NCBI GenBank assembly: GCA_014896355.1
Contig: JADBKO010000003.1
Coordinates: 26,077 to 90,076, forward strand
Length of the DNA: 64,000 bases
Reading direction: 5' to 3'
Source of the DNA: Bacillota bacterium
GTDB taxonomy: Bacteria; Bacillota; UBA5301; Bu52
Shown: in pieces, positions 25,786 to 36,342 of the stretch
Numbering within the stretch: the first letter of the stretch is position 1
Layout of the letters: each line of letters opens with the position of its first letter
The notes under the pieces: model-generated
What the model was told of the DNA's origin: nothing
What the model saw: only the letters and a program-made list of their open reading frames with translations
Database searches by the model: none
Program-made: the position numbers and the translations under genes

Positions 25786-26667
25786 TCAGGCCCCCCAATC
25801 CCGCAGATAGCGGAAATCGTGGCCCACGCTGCGCTGGGAGATTTTGGCGATCAAGGGCAGCCTGCGCTTGTACTGGCTGATCCGCACCAGGTGTTGCACC
25901 CGGGCGATGAATTCCGGCGCAAAGCCCCATTCCTGAACTTGCTCCGGTGTGAGGCGGCAATCCACCAGCAAGAACAGCACTTGGTCCACGTCCCGGTAAG
26001 AAAACCCCAATTCCCCCTCGTCGCTCTGGTCGGGCCACAAGTCCGCAGAGGGCGGCTTTTCAATGATCTGTGGCGGCACGCCCAGCGCTTTGGCCAGCTG
26101 CCACACCTGGGTCTTGTACAGGTCGCCCAACGGATTGAGGGCGGAGGCCAGATCGCCGAACTGAGTGCCGTAACCCAGCAGAAGCTCCGTCTTGTTGCTG
26201 GTTCCCAGGACCAGCGCCTTCTCGGCCATGGACAAATCGTAGAGCACGCTCATGCGCTCACGGGCCATCTTGTTGCCCCGCCGCAGGTTGGATGCGTCCG
26301 GCTCGCCGGCGAAATAAGCGTCGATCTGCGGAGAGATATCCACGGTCCGGTGGCGGATGCCTGTTCTGCGGACCACTTCCCCGGCGTCGGCCACGCTTTG
26401 GGGGCTGCTGGTCCGGTAGGGCATCAAGACTCCCAGGACATTGCCGGGGCCCAAGGCCCGGGCTGCCAGATAAGCCACCACCGAGGAGTCCACCCCGCCG
26501 GAAAGACCCAAAACGGCCCGCTGGAATCCCACTTTTTGCACTTCGGCGCGGATGAAGCTCGTGAGGATGGTGATGACGAGATCCGTGTTGATATGGAACT
26601 GGTCCACCAGTTTGGAACGGCCCTGGCGGTCATACCAAACAATACCCCCGCTCAGGCTGCGGTTCAC
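25786..26667 (-). CDS. nadE: NAD+ synthetase (synthetase domain only)
   Basis: The PP-loop is [16 protein letters not shown]. 293 aa. The GTG start overlaps the nitrilase stop (GTGA). Confidence 0.85.
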   Translation of the reverse strand: MNRSLSGGIVWYDRQGRSKLVDQFHINTDLVITILTSFIRAEVQKVGFQRAVLGLSGGVDSSVVAYLAARALGPGNVLGVLMPYRTSSPQSVADAGEVVRRTGIRHRTVDISPQIDAYFAGEPDASNLRRGNKMARERMSVLYDLSMAEKALVLGTSNKTELLLGYGTQFGDLASALNPLGDLYKTQVWQLAKALGVPPQIIEKPPSADLWPDQSDEGELGFSYRDVDQVLFLLVDCRLTPEQVQEWGFAPEFIARVQHLVRISQYKRRLPLIAKISQRSVGHDFRYLRDWGA

Positions 26668-27545
26668 GCCTGCTCCCCCCAGACCCGCCGCCGGATGCGC
26701 ATCAGCTCGTTCCAGGCGATCTCCAGGCGTTCATCCCGGTGCAGCGGCGTGATGGTCCGGGAACGCCGGACCACCTGGGGATCCACCTCGGCCACCACCA
26801 GATCCTCGCTGAACTGGTCGGCTTGTGCCACCACGGCGGCGAAGGGATCCACCACCTCGGAACCGCCCCAGAAGTTCACCCCGTCTTCGAAGCCATAGCG
26901 ATTGCAGTAGGCTACATACACACCGAACAGGTGAGCATAGGCCCGGTTCAGCAGATACCAGGTCTCCGCTGAACCCAGGCTGGGGCCCAGAACGCCACGG
27001 CCAGGCCCGCTGGAGAGGATGATCAGCGTCTGGGCGCCGTCCTGGGCCAAGAGCCAGGGAACGGAGGCATGCCAGGCATCCTCACAGATCATGAGTCCCA
27101 TGGGACCCAGACGCGTCTCGAATGCCGCCACCCGTTGGCCCGCCGCAAAATAGCGGGCTTCGTCGAACATCCCGTAGGTGGGGAGGTACGCCTTGCGATG
27201 GCAATACACCACGGAACCCCCGCTGAGGTAAGCGGCGGAATTATAAAAGCGGAAATCCCGGTCTTCCTCCACAAACCCCACCACCACGTCCATGGGACCG
27301 GCGGCTTGTGACAGCTTCCGCAAAAGCGGCGCGCTAGCCGGCATGGCCACCTCGGCCGTGAGGTCCTGGAGGTTATAGCCGGTGAGCGAGAGCTCCGGAA
27401 ATATCAGAAGATCTACCCCGGCGGACCGGGCCTGCTCCACAAAGCGCAAGTGCAAAGCCACGTTCCGGTCGACGTCCCCCAGCGCGGGTGCGATCTGCGC
27501 CAGGCCGATCCGCCACGCCTGCGGCCTATCCCCTACTCCGGTCAT
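26664..27545 (-). CDS. carbon-nitrogen hydrolase (nitrilase-superfamily) protein, probable glutaminase partner of NadE
   Basis: The E-K-C triad contexts are [24 protein letters not shown] and LMICEDAWH. It is translationally coupled to nadE. Confidence 0.75.
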   Translation of the reverse strand: MTGVGDRPQAWRIGLAQIAPALGDVDRNVALHLRFVEQARSAGVDLLIFPELSLTGYNLQDLTAEVAMPASAPLLRKLSQAAGPMDVVVGFVEEDRDFRFYNSAAYLSGGSVVYCHRKAYLPTYGMFDEARYFAAGQRVAAFETRLGPMGLMICEDAWHASVPWLLAQDGAQTLIILSSGPGRGVLGPSLGSAETWYLLNRAYAHLFGVYVAYCNRYGFEDGVNFWGGSEVVDPFAAVVAQADQFSEDLVVAEVDPQVVRRSRTITPLHRDERLEIAWNELMRIRRRVWGEQA

Positions 27546-27572
27546 GGCCCCTCCTGCTTTCCAGCCCGGGCC

Positions 27573-28895
27573 TCACGGGCGATACCTTTGATAAGTGCGC
27601 ATCTTCTCCTCCAGGTACTGGGGCACCTGCTCCATGCTCACCCGGTCCTGCCGGGTGGTGTCACGGTCGCGGACTGTGACCGCCTGGTCTTCCAGGCTCT
27701 GGAAGTCCACCGTGATGCAGTAAGGGGTGCCCACCTCGTCCTGGCGGCGATAGCGACGGCCGATGCTTCCCGCTTCGTCGTAGGCCACATTGTAGCGCCT
27801 GGCCAGATCCTTGCGCAGAGCCTGGGCCTTCTCCACCAGGGCCGGCTTTTTCTGCAGCGGGAACACAGCCACCTTCACCGGTGCCAGCTGCGGATGGAGC
27901 CGCAGAACCACCCGGGTTTCTCCCTGGTCTTCCTCCTCGTCGTAGGCGTCGGCTAGGAACGTCAGCAGGGCCCGGTCCACGCCGGCGGATGCCTCGATGA
28001 CGATGGGAATGTAATGCTCGCCTGTCTGATCGTCGAAATAACTCAGGTCCTTCCCGCTGTGCTCCTGGTGCTGCGTGAGATCGAAGCGGCCCCGGTGGGC
28101 GATTCCTTCGACTTCATGCCAGCCGAAGGGGAACAGATACTCTACGTCGATGCAGGCCTTGGCGTAGTGAGCCAGCTCCTCCTGACCGTGGGGGCGCTTA
28201 CGCAGGCGTTCGGGCCGCACGCCCAGGCGGATGTACCACTGAAAACGCTCTTCCACCCAGGTCTGGAACCAGTAATCATCGTCTTTCTCGCTGACGAAGA
28301 ACTCCATCTCCATCTGCTCGAACTCACGGGAGCGGAAAATGAAGTTCCCCGGCGATACCTCATTTCGGAAGCTCTTGCCGATCTGCCCGATGCCGAACGG
28401 GATCCGCAGGCGGGCCGCAGCCTGGATGGTCTTGTAATCCACGAAAATCCCTTGGGCGGTCTCCGGGCGCAGGTATACCTGAGCTGCGGCGTCCTCCACC
28501 GGGCCCATAAAGGTCTTGAACATCAGGTTGAACTGGCGTGGCTTGGTCAGTTCACCGCCGCAGTTTGGACAGCGGTCGCCAGGAATCTGGTCTGCCCGAA
28601 AGCGTTGCTTGCATTGCTTGCAGTCCACCAGTGGATCAGTGAAATTGTCCACGTGGCCGCTGGCCCGCCAGACGTCCGGATGCATGATGATGCTGGTATC
28701 CGCGCCCACCACGTTGTCGTGGGCCCGGATGGTGGCCTGCCACCAAGCCTCCTTGACGTTCCGCTTCAGCTCCACGCCCAGGGGGCCGTAGTCCCAGCAG
28801 CTGTTGATGCCACCGTAGATCTCCGAACTGGGAAAAACCAAGCCGCGGCGCTTGGCCAGTGCCACTAGAGTGTCCAGGTCCTTGAGCTCGCCCAA
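27573..28895 (-). CDS. glyQS: glycine--tRNA ligase (alpha2 dimeric type)
   Basis: Class II aaRS with RRGLVFPSSEIYGGINSCWDYGPLG, FRNEVSPGNFIFRSREFEQMEMEFF and an anticodon-binding C-terminus. The preferred start is TTG 28895, with GAGGAGG 8 nt upstream. The 46 upstream codons of the track ORF look spurious. Confidence 0.85.
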   Translation of the reverse strand: MGELKDLDTLVALAKRRGLVFPSSEIYGGINSCWDYGPLGVELKRNVKEAWWQATIRAHDNVVGADTSIIMHPDVWRASGHVDNFTDPLVDCKQCKQRFRADQIPGDRCPNCGGELTKPRQFNLMFKTFMGPVEDAAAQVYLRPETAQGIFVDYKTIQAAARLRIPFGIGQIGKSFRNEVSPGNFIFRSREFEQMEMEFFVSEKDDDYWFQTWVEERFQWYIRLGVRPERLRKRPHGQEELAHYAKACIDVEYLFPFGWHEVEGIAHRGRFDLTQHQEHSGKDLSYFDDQTGEHYIPIVIEASAGVDRALLTFLADAYDEEEDQGETRVVLRLHPQLAPVKVAVFPLQKKPALVEKAQALRKDLARRYNVAYDEAGSIGRRYRRQDEVGTPYCITVDFQSLEDQAVTVRDRDTTRQDRVSMEQVPQYLEEKMRTYQRYRP

Positions 28896-29019
28896 CCGAA
28901 GAGCCTCCTCTATACCTCCATAATCTCCATAAAAAGCGCCCGCGACTTTTGCCCGCCGGGCGCCAAAACTCCCTACACTATTCGCGAAGGCCGCAGGGAT
29001 TCCTGCCGGGCCCGCAGGG

Positions 29020-30321
29020 TCAGTGCAGATCACCGGCGCGGAACGCCACCGTAACGGCCGTTGGTCCCAATCCGCCCAAGTCCTGCTGGTTCAACAGCAC
29101 CCGTACACCCTGCGGATTGCCGAAGCGGACCGTCAAATCCCGGGCGGCCTGCCACTGGGCCTGGCTGCCGGCCTCCAGGGTCCGCTCATACACCAGCCTG
29201 CCGTCTGCGATCACCCGCACCCAGCAACGGCCCACTGCTGTCACAGACAAGCGCACTCCGCTGCTCGCCGGTTGCCGGGTGAAGATGATCAGATCCACGG
29301 GCTTGCCGTTCCCTGGCACCTGCAGAGGCCCCGGGCCGCGCGACGCCGGTGCCGGGCCAGGCGGCACTCCTGCCGGAGCCCCCGCCGGGGTCAGGGCCAC
29401 GGAGCCCGGCGTGGCAGCGGCAGTGGCCTCATCCTGTGGACTGGGCGGCTGTGCCGGCTGTACCGGCGATGGGGCCCCCTGCCTGCCGTTCGAGGTGGAC
29501 CGGTCCGCATCCTGCGCAGCCACGGCGTCCGGCGTGTGGACGGCGTGGGCACCTGGAACCACAGACACGGAAGAGCCCTGCGGAGCCCGTCCGCCGGGGC
29601 CTACGGAGGACTTGCCGGGCGTTCCGGAAAGATCCTGCCAGAGGCCGAAAAACAGGACACCCAACAGTGCCAGTCCGGCAGCGATGGCCCCCCACATGCC
29701 CAGCCTCTTTTGCCGCAGCCAGGACGACAACTTCTGGGCATCCCGGGCCTGCGGCCGTGCCTCCCGTACCCCTTCTCGGCCGAAATCCCCGGGTTCTGCC
29801 ACTGCCGGCGCGCCCCAGTCCGGGGCCTGGCCGGCACTCACAGCCTGCAGCCGCCTTTCCAGAGACGCCAGTTTCTCCGTGAGCCGGAAGGCATCCTCGC
29901 CATGGTGCTGGGCCCCCTGCGGGTGCACCCCCCCGGCGCCTGTGCGGACCGCGCCGGCGGGCATGGCCCCGGAAGACGGCCGCACGGCCGTCCCTTCCAC
30001 CCCGCCCAGCGGCACCGGGGACCTTGACCGGATACTGCCCTCTGGCTGGGGGCCGGCGCCGCCCGGCACACCACTCCCCTGCCCCGGCCGGGTCTGTTCT
30101 TGGTAAAGGCGGATCGTAGCCTCCGGATCCAGGCCCAGGTGCCCGGCATACAGGCGCAGGAAGCCGCGCACATAAACCTCTCCCGGTATGACCGAAAACT
30201 GGTTTTCCTCCAGAGCCTGGGCATAGCGCTTGCTCATGTGCAGGTCCCGGGATACTTGCTCCAGACTCCAACCCTTCTTTTCTCTTTCCGCCCGCAGCAA
30301 GCTGCCAACATCGGCACCCAT
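29020..30321 (-). CDS. rodZ: RodZ-like cytoskeleton protein (HTH + TM + DUF4115)
   Basis: The N-terminal HTH is LRAEREKKGWSLEQVSRDLHMSKRYAQALE. A long Pro/Gly/Ala linker with a TM helix (WGAIAAGLALLGVLFFGLW) follows. The C-terminal DUF4115-like beta domain reads CWVRVIADGRLVYERTLEAGS. AGGAGGGAG lies upstream of the ATG. Confidence 0.8.
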   Translation of the reverse strand: MGADVGSLLRAEREKKGWSLEQVSRDLHMSKRYAQALEENQFSVIPGEVYVRGFLRLYAGHLGLDPEATIRLYQEQTRPGQGSGVPGGAGPQPEGSIRSRSPVPLGGVEGTAVRPSSGAMPAGAVRTGAGGVHPQGAQHHGEDAFRLTEKLASLERRLQAVSAGQAPDWGAPAVAEPGDFGREGVREARPQARDAQKLSSWLRQKRLGMWGAIAAGLALLGVLFFGLWQDLSGTPGKSSVGPGGRAPQGSSVSVVPGAHAVHTPDAVAAQDADRSTSNGRQGAPSPVQPAQPPSPQDEATAAATPGSVALTPAGAPAGVPPGPAPASRGPGPLQVPGNGKPVDLIIFTRQPASSGVRLSVTAVGRCWVRVIADGRLVYERTLEAGSQAQWQAARDLTVRFGNPQGVRVLLNQQDLGGLGPTAVTVAFRAGDLH

Positions 30322-30442
30322 GCGCTCTCCCTCCTATCTCGCCCCCGCCCCTCTGCCGTCCGCCTCTTTTCGTCAGGTCCCTCCTTCGCCTCATCCGGCA
30401 CCGGCGTATCGGTGGGTCGGGCGGTAGCCTGGTGCACCGCTC

Positions 30443-31240
30443 TCAGGAAACATCGAAGGAGCGGATGCTGGTGGAGATGTTCTCCGGTTCAATGGCCTCC
30501 TCCGGGCAACGGCGCAATTCCACGAGGAAATCGAAGTCCTCCCACTGCGCCCAGCCCTCCCGCACAAAAAGGTCCGGATGCTCCACCAACTTGGTTTGGC
30601 TTCCCCGCCAGAGCGCCTGAACCAGGGCTTTGTGATCCTGCCCCGGAGCCCGCAACGAGGCCGCTGCGTCCAGGAGATAGACGCAGTCCCTGCCTTTTTC
30701 TCCGTCGAGCAGGTGGCTGCGCGCCACCAGCCGGAAGATGGTGCCGGAGATCATGACCCACGGCCGGTTGGCCGAGACACAGGCAGCAATGGCCGCCTCG
30801 GTTTTTCCCACCTTGGGCTGCCCCCGGATCCCGATGACCAGCGAGGCCCGCCCGCCGCGGGGTCCGTCGGCAATCTCCTGGGCCATGAAGTCCACCAGCA
30901 CTCCCAGCTCGCTGCGTACGAACGAAAAAAACGGCACCCCGTCGCCGTCTTGTCCGCTTGCCAGCTGGGGCTGGAGTTTCTGCCCGTGTCGCAAAGTCAC
31001 CAAGTCCGCCGGTAAAGGAGGCCGCACCGCCACGATCTGGATATCCGCCACACCCTGGAGAGCCTGCCCAGCCAAGCGTAGATCGGGCCCGTGGCCCCGA
31101 AGCAGAAATGCCCGGCCACCCCCGGGCAGGCTGCGGACGGCTTCGATGTTTACGCCCAGCATCCCTAGGAGGGTGGCCACGTCGCCCAGCAAGCCTGGAC
31201 GGTCGCGGCGGATGGCATATTCCAGATACCACGTTTCCAT
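30443..31240 (-). CDS. ACT-domain + P-loop protein, YmfK/DUF3388-like
   Basis: The N-terminal ACT-like segment is METWYLEYAIRRDRPGLLGDVATLLGMLGVNIEAV. Walker-A-like GQPKVGKT is present. It sits directly upstream of rodZ, as ymfK sits upstream of ymfM (rodZ) in Bacillus (from memory). Confidence 0.6.
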   Translation of the reverse strand: METWYLEYAIRRDRPGLLGDVATLLGMLGVNIEAVRSLPGGGRAFLLRGHGPDLRLAGQALQGVADIQIVAVRPPLPADLVTLRHGQKLQPQLASGQDGDGVPFFSFVRSELGVLVDFMAQEIADGPRGGRASLVIGIRGQPKVGKTEAAIAACVSANRPWVMISGTIFRLVARSHLLDGEKGRDCVYLLDAAASLRAPGQDHKALVQALWRGSQTKLVEHPDLFVREGWAQWEDFDFLVELRRCPEEAIEPENISTSIRSFDVS

Positions 31241-31300
31241 GGCTGGCAATCCCTTTCTATCTTACCGATCGGGAACCAACCCTATGCCTGGCCGGAGCGC

Positions 31301-34105
31301 CTACTCTTTCAAATCGGCATCCCAGCGCCCGACCAAAACCTCCCGGGGCTTGCTCCCCTGGGACGGCCCGACGATCCCCTTCATCTCCATAAGGTCTACC
31401 AGCCTGGCGGCGCGGGCGTATCCCACGCGCAGGCGCCGCTGCAAAAGCGAAGCCGATGCCTGCCCGGATTCCACCACGACCCGTACGGCATCCTCGAACA
31501 GATCGTCATCCACCTCCGGGCCCTCCAGGGCCTCCTCACTGCTGAGAAACTCCTCCATGTACTGGGGGGGACCCTGGCGGCGCCAGTAGGCCACCAGGTT
31601 CTCCACTTCGCGGTCTGTGATGAAGGCGCCCTGGACCCGGCGGGCCTTGATTGCACCGGCAGGCAGGAACAACATGTCCCCCCGCCCCAGCAGGCGCTCC
31701 GCCCCGGCCTGGTCCAGGATGGTGCGGGAGTCCACCTGGGAAGAGACGGCAAAGGCGATGCGCGAGGGAATGTTGGCCTTGATCAGGCCGGTGATGACAT
31801 CCACCGACGGCCGCTGCGTTGCGATGACCAGGTGAATCCCGGCCGCCCTGGCCATCTGGGCCAAGCGCACGATGGACTCTTCCACGTCGGCGGCGGCCAC
31901 CATCATCAGGTCGGCCAGCTCATCCACAAACACCACGATGTACGGCAGGGGTTTTTCGGGCACAGGCGCCGGGGTGTCTCCCACCTGTCCCGCAGCCCCG
32001 CCGGACTCCCCGGAAGTCCGGGCGGGCGCGGCCCCTGCCCCTGGTTTGGCGGAGGCTCCTGCTTTGCCGGCGCCCTCTGGCCTCCCGGCCGCCGGCTGAT
32101 CCGCCCTACCGCCGGAGGGCTCTCGGGCAGCGGCGGCAGCATGGACGCCGGGCCCGAGCGCCGCCTCTGTGTCGGGTGTAGAGGCGAAAGGTGCAGGTTC
32201 GTTGGACAGCGCATTCATTTCCTTGACCCACTCATTGTACGCCTCGATGTTGCGCACGCCGGCGTGGACAAACAGCTGGTAGCGGCGTTCCATCTCCTCC
32301 ACCAAGGCACGCAAGGCACCCGAGGCCCGCCGGGCGTCAGGAATGACCGGCGCCACCAGATGGGGGATGCCGTCGAACAGGGTCAATTCCACCCGTTTCG
32401 GATCGATCATCAGCAGCCTGACCGTGTCCGGGGTGGACCGGAAAAGAAGGCTGCTGATGAGGGTGTTCATGCAGACGCTCTTGCCGGAGCCTGTGGCGCC
32501 GGCGATGAGCAAATGCGGCATCTTGGCCAGATCGGCCACCACCGGTTGCCCGGCGATATCGGCGCCGATGCCCAAAAGCAGCGGATTGGTCTTGCTCCGG
32601 AACTCCAGCGAGTCCAGCACGTCGCGCAGATGCACCAGGCTGGTCTCCCTGTTGGGCACTTCTACGCCGATGGCGGACTTGCCGGGGATGGGGGCCTCGA
32701 TGCGGACGCCGGCGGCGGCCAGAGCCAGGGAGATATCGTCCGTCAGGCTCAAGATCCGGCTCACTTTGATCCCAGGGGCAGGTTGAACCTCATAGCGAGT
32801 GATGACCGGGCCCTGGTCAACGCGCAGAACACGGGCCTCGATGCCAAAAGTGGCCAGGGTCTGCAAAAGGAGTTGGGCCTGGTCTGCGTTCTGAACGGTT
32901 TTCCTGGCCGGGGGTCGGCGCCCCAAAAGGGAAAGAGGTGGAACCTGGTAGGGGCCCTCCGCCCGCGGCACCAGGGCCGGCGCCGGCAAAAGCGGCGGCT
33001 GAGACAGGACTTCCTCATCCTCCGCCTTGTCCGCCCTGCCTGCTCCCGCCGTTTTCTTCCTGGCCACCTGCCGCGGCCCCGCAGGGACGGCCTGGCGCTC
33101 CGCAGATCCCGCCACAGATTCCGCCACTGGCTCCTCCGCCCCCGCTGCCCCGGCGGCGGAGGGCACCTCCTGGTCCGTCGCGGCAGCTCCCCGCTGGAGT
33201 GCCACACGCACAGGGAGCGGGCCCCGTTCCGGAACGGCAGCGCCCGCCGGCCGTGGCTCCGCTCTCCCGTCCGCCATGCTGCCCGTGGACCCGCGCAGCA
33301 GGGTGGCGGCTTCCCGCAGGCTGGCTCCCGTGAGCCGCACGAATCCGTGCACGGCCCATACCAGCCAGCGGAGAACCGCGCCTTCTGTCACCAGCACCAG
33401 GCCGCTGGCAGCCAGGACCGCCACCACCACCTGGGTCCCGGCGTATGCCACGAGCCGCACCAGGAAGTAGGTCAAGGCTCCTCCCAAAAGCCCCGACCCC
33501 ATCCCGGCAGTCTGCATGGCCCCCAGCCAGGATTTGGGCAATGCCGCCAGTTCATCGGCCAGGGACAAATCCTCCGGCAGCCGGGCGTTCACAGGAAGCT
33601 GTAGATGGGTCTCCACCAGCCCGGCCACGGCCAGGAGCAGGAGCCCCGCCAGCCGGGGAGAGCTGGCCAGCCGCCAGCGGCTGATCAACAGTCCCAGGCC
33701 CCAATAGGCCAGAAAGGCAAAAGGCAGCCAGGCGGCTTGTCCCAGCACATATTGCATGGACCAGGACAAAACATGGCCCACGGGGCCGGTGGCTTTGCTA
33801 AACAGGCTCAACAGTCCAAAGGCCGCCACGCCCACCCAAACGATCCCGAAGACTTCCTCGTATACCCGCCCAGCCCGGCGCGGATGCAGGTTGGACTGTC
33901 TCACTCTGGCTTTTCCTTTCATACGAGCCTTGCGGGCCACCGGACGGGGTTTCAGTAAAGCCGGCACCGGCGGCGTCTCTTCCCGGCTGCCGCCGGTCGC
34001 GGAAGAGTTTCCGGCGCGCCGGCGCCCTGTCCCTTCCTGCCAGCTTGTCCCGTCCAGCGCCCCGGCATCATGATGGAAACGATTCGCCGCCATAGACCGC
34101 TCCAT
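31301..34105 (-). CDS. ftsK: DNA translocase FtsK/SpoIIIE
   Basis: N-terminal TM helices are followed by a long low-complexity linker. The motor has Walker A ([14 protein letters not shown]) and Walker B ([14 protein letters not shown]). The gamma winged-helix is [24 protein letters not shown]. The start is uncertain (ATG 34105, 34093 or 33922). Confidence 0.9.
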   Translation of the reverse strand: MERSMAANRFHHDAGALDGTSWQEGTGRRRAGNSSATGGSREETPPVPALLKPRPVARKARMKGKARVRQSNLHPRRAGRVYEEVFGIVWVGVAAFGLLSLFSKATGPVGHVLSWSMQYVLGQAAWLPFAFLAYWGLGLLISRWRLASSPRLAGLLLLAVAGLVETHLQLPVNARLPEDLSLADELAALPKSWLGAMQTAGMGSGLLGGALTYFLVRLVAYAGTQVVVAVLAASGLVLVTEGAVLRWLVWAVHGFVRLTGASLREAATLLRGSTGSMADGRAEPRPAGAAVPERGPLPVRVALQRGAAATDQEVPSAAGAAGAEEPVAESVAGSAERQAVPAGPRQVARKKTAGAGRADKAEDEEVLSQPPLLPAPALVPRAEGPYQVPPLSLLGRRPPARKTVQNADQAQLLLQTLATFGIEARVLRVDQGPVITRYEVQPAPGIKVSRILSLTDDISLALAAAGVRIEAPIPGKSAIGVEVPNRETSLVHLRDVLDSLEFRSKTNPLLLGIGADIAGQPVVADLAKMPHLLIAGATGSGKSVCMNTLISSLLFRSTPDTVRLLMIDPKRVELTLFDGIPHLVAPVIPDARRASGALRALVEEMERRYQLFVHAGVRNIEAYNEWVKEMNALSNEPAPFASTPDTEAALGPGVHAAAAAREPSGGRADQPAAGRPEGAGKAGASAKPGAGAAPARTSGESGGAAGQVGDTPAPVPEKPLPYIVVFVDELADLMMVAAADVEESIVRLAQMARAAGIHLVIATQRPSVDVITGLIKANIPSRIAFAVSSQVDSRTILDQAGAERLLGRGDMLFLPAGAIKARRVQGAFITDREVENLVAYWRRQGPPQYMEEFLSSEEALEGPEVDDDLFEDAVRVVVESGQASASLLQRRLRVGYARAARLVDLMEMKGIVGPSQGSKPREVLVGRWDADLKE

Positions 34106-34159
34106 TTCTCCGCTGCGGAGGACCTGGGATTCCAGCCGCGGTCTCCGCCTCCGGTAGTT

Positions 34160-34999
34160 TCACCGGGCCGCCGCGCAGGGCCGGATGGTGGCCAACAACC
34201 CCATTCGCCCGGTTCTGCCGCCGTCGCGGCGATAGGAGAAAAACCACTCCGGGTGGCAGGCCGTGCACACGCGGGCCACAGACACGGCCTCAGCAGAGAC
34301 ACCGGCGCGCAACAGCGCTTGCCGGTTCGCTTCCCACAGATCGACGTGCCATCCGTCGGCGAGGCGCTGGCAGACCGGCCGCCTGGCATCCTCCTGCGGA
34401 TATTGCTGCCGAAAGGCCCGTGCCGTCTCCTCTCCGACACGGAAGCAACACGGTCCGATGCCAGGCCCCAGGGCCGCCACCACCCGGCTGCTTCGGGTGC
34501 CAAACGCCGCAGCCATCTCCTGCAGGGTCTGCTCCAGAACCCCGCCGACCGTTCCCCGCCAACCGGCATGGGCCACGCCCAGGGCCTGGTGCTCCGGATC
34601 CCACAGCAGGACCGGCACACAATCTGCGGTGTAGATCGAGAGGACCACACCGCACTGGTTCGTGACCATGGCGTCATGTCCGGGCAGAGCCCCTCCCTGC
34701 CCGAAGGCTCCGGCACCGCGCTGGTCGGATCCGATCTGCGCCACCTTCACCCCGTGAACCTGAACCGCGGCCACCAAACTCTCCAGGCCGCAGCCCATCC
34801 ATTCCAGGGCCCGCCGCCGGTTCTCCAGCACGTCCTCATCCCGGTCCCCCACGTGGAAGCCCAGGTTCAGAGAGGCGAAAGGTGCCCGGCTCACTCCGCC
34901 CCGGCGCGTGGTGAACAAGGCCAGGCAGCCCGCGAGGCCCGGCAGCCAGAGATAGCGTTGCTGCTCATCGAGTTGGAACCGTCCGAGGTCGAAGGTCAT
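34160..34999 (-). CDS. pgeF: peptidoglycan editing factor PgeF (YlmD/YfiH, DUF152 laccase-domain)
   Basis: Conserved blocks are QVHGVKV, DAMVT, TADCVPVLL, HAGWRGT and CTAC. Confidence 0.85.
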   Translation of the reverse strand: MTFDLGRFQLDEQQRYLWLPGLAGCLALFTTRRGGVSRAPFASLNLGFHVGDRDEDVLENRRRALEWMGCGLESLVAAVQVHGVKVAQIGSDQRGAGAFGQGGALPGHDAMVTNQCGVVLSIYTADCVPVLLWDPEHQALGVAHAGWRGTVGGVLEQTLQEMAAAFGTRSSRVVAALGPGIGPCCFRVGEETARAFRQQYPQEDARRPVCQRLADGWHVDLWEANRQALLRAGVSAEAVSVARVCTACHPEWFFSYRRDGGRTGRMGLLATIRPCAAAR

Positions 35000-35071
35000 C
35001 GTCTGGTAAATTCCACAATAAGATGGAAAAACCTTTCAGTGCTTTGCAGAAACCTGGAGCCGCAGCCTGAC

Positions 35072-35341
35072 CTACGGGTTTGGCAGGCCGAAGGGTTCCA
35101 GTTCCACCAGGATCACATCCACGCCAATCTTACGGATCTGGTCCCAGCGGATCACCACGTCCTTCCCGGGGAAAAAGCGCCAGAAGCCGCGGCGGCCAGG
35201 CACCGTGATGGCGTGCAGAACCCCCCGATCGGGATCCACCTGCAGGTCGATGATGTTCCCCAAACGCCGGCCGTCGGTGAGGTTGATGACTTCATGCGCG
35301 CGCAAGTCCGATATTCGCGCCATCATGCCTCTCCCTCCCAC
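35072..35341 (-). CDS. ylmC: YlmC/YmxH family sporulation protein (PRC-barrel)
   Basis: The sequence is MARISDLRAHEVINLTDGRRLGNIIDLQVDPDRGVLHAITVPG, with a small size. The start is probably a few codons inside the track ORF. Confidence 0.8.
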   Translation of the reverse strand: MGGRGMMARISDLRAHEVINLTDGRRLGNIIDLQVDPDRGVLHAITVPGRRGFWRFFPGKDVVIRWDQIRKIGVDVILVELEPFGLPNP

Positions 35342-35407
35342 GAGCCCATGCTATGCAGGCGGAGGGAAGAAGTGCCTGGCCCCTTGGCCCTTGCAGCGGG
35401 GGCGGGA

Positions 35408-36313
35408 TCAAGGCAGCACCGAGAGAAACCAGTTCCACCATCCACCCCCTTTGGTGGTAGCTTCGGCGGCAGTGCCCTTACGGGCTGCGGCCACACCGGC
35501 CGCCGGTCGTGTGCCGGCCCGCAGGGGGCCCCCTTCCGGCTCGAACAAGCGGAAACTGAGGATCACCTTGCGGGGCATGCCCCTGTCCAGACCCTGGTGG
35601 TTCGTCCCGGCCGGCAAGACCCGACTGCCGTGCCGTGTGCCGGCCGCCCGGCCATTGTCACGCTCCGGTACCACTCTGGCGCGCTGTCCGGCCACAGCGC
35701 TGTCCACGTTCAGGAAACAGGCGGGCGGGAACAGCACGCACCACCAGTTCTTCCCGGCGGCGGCGCCCAGCAGGACCCGTACAGCCCGGTATTTCCCCGG
35801 CTCCAGGACGAAGGGGCCGTAGGCGCGGGCGGGGAAGGGGTGGATGCCATACTCCGCCTTGGCTCTGTAGGGCAGGCCTCGGCGCAGCAGCTCGGCATCG
35901 GCCAACGCCTCCACCGCTTTCAGCCGGCGCCGCACCTCGGATTCAGCCTGCGCCAGGCTCTGTACGCCGGCAAAAACCGGGGAGAATTCCTCCAGAATAC
36001 GGTCCCTGATGGCCAGCTTGGCCTCCTGATCCTGGGGGCTGTCGCTGTTGGCCACCACGTGCAGCCGGATGACCTGAGACGGGGCCAGGGAACGGGGAAC
36101 CCCGGCCAAGGGGCTGCCGCTTTCGCTCCCCCCGGCGGCTTGTGCAGACCAATCTGCCACCCACAGAGCTGCTTGCTCTGCCTGGCGCGCCTGGCTGAAA
36201 CCTCCGGCGGCGAAGCGGAACCCTCCAAAAAGAGCCACGGCCATCAGGCAACCCAACGCCACCCGGCGCCTGCTCCACCCGTTCAGCAGCCAATACTTCT
36301 GTTTACGTTCCAT
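35408..36313 (-). CDS. spoIIR: stage II sporulation protein R
   Basis: The signature is IRLHVVANSDSPQDQEAKLAIRDRILEEF, and NWWCVLFPPACF is also present. The preferred ATG 36313 follows AGGTGA and lies only about 30 nt after the sigG stop. The C-terminus is extended relative to the roughly 225-aa Bacillus protein. Confidence 0.85.
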   Translation of the reverse strand: MERKQKYWLLNGWSRRRVALGCLMAVALFGGFRFAAGGFSQARQAEQAALWVADWSAQAAGGSESGSPLAGVPRSLAPSQVIRLHVVANSDSPQDQEAKLAIRDRILEEFSPVFAGVQSLAQAESEVRRRLKAVEALADAELLRRGLPYRAKAEYGIHPFPARAYGPFVLEPGKYRAVRVLLGAAAGKNWWCVLFPPACFLNVDSAVAGQRARVVPERDNGRAAGTRHGSRVLPAGTNHQGLDRGMPRKVILSFRLFEPEGGPLRAGTRPAAGVAAARKGTAAEATTKGGGWWNWFLSVLP

Positions 36314-36342
36314 GACCATCACCTGTGCAATCCTGGAAATAT

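Noticed and set aside
28896-29019. T-box leader upstream of glyQS.
   Set aside because: Only about 124 nt are available between rodZ and the glyQS start. I found no T-box sequence (AANNNGGGTGGTACCGCG-like), no specifier-loop architecture and no terminator/antiterminator pair.
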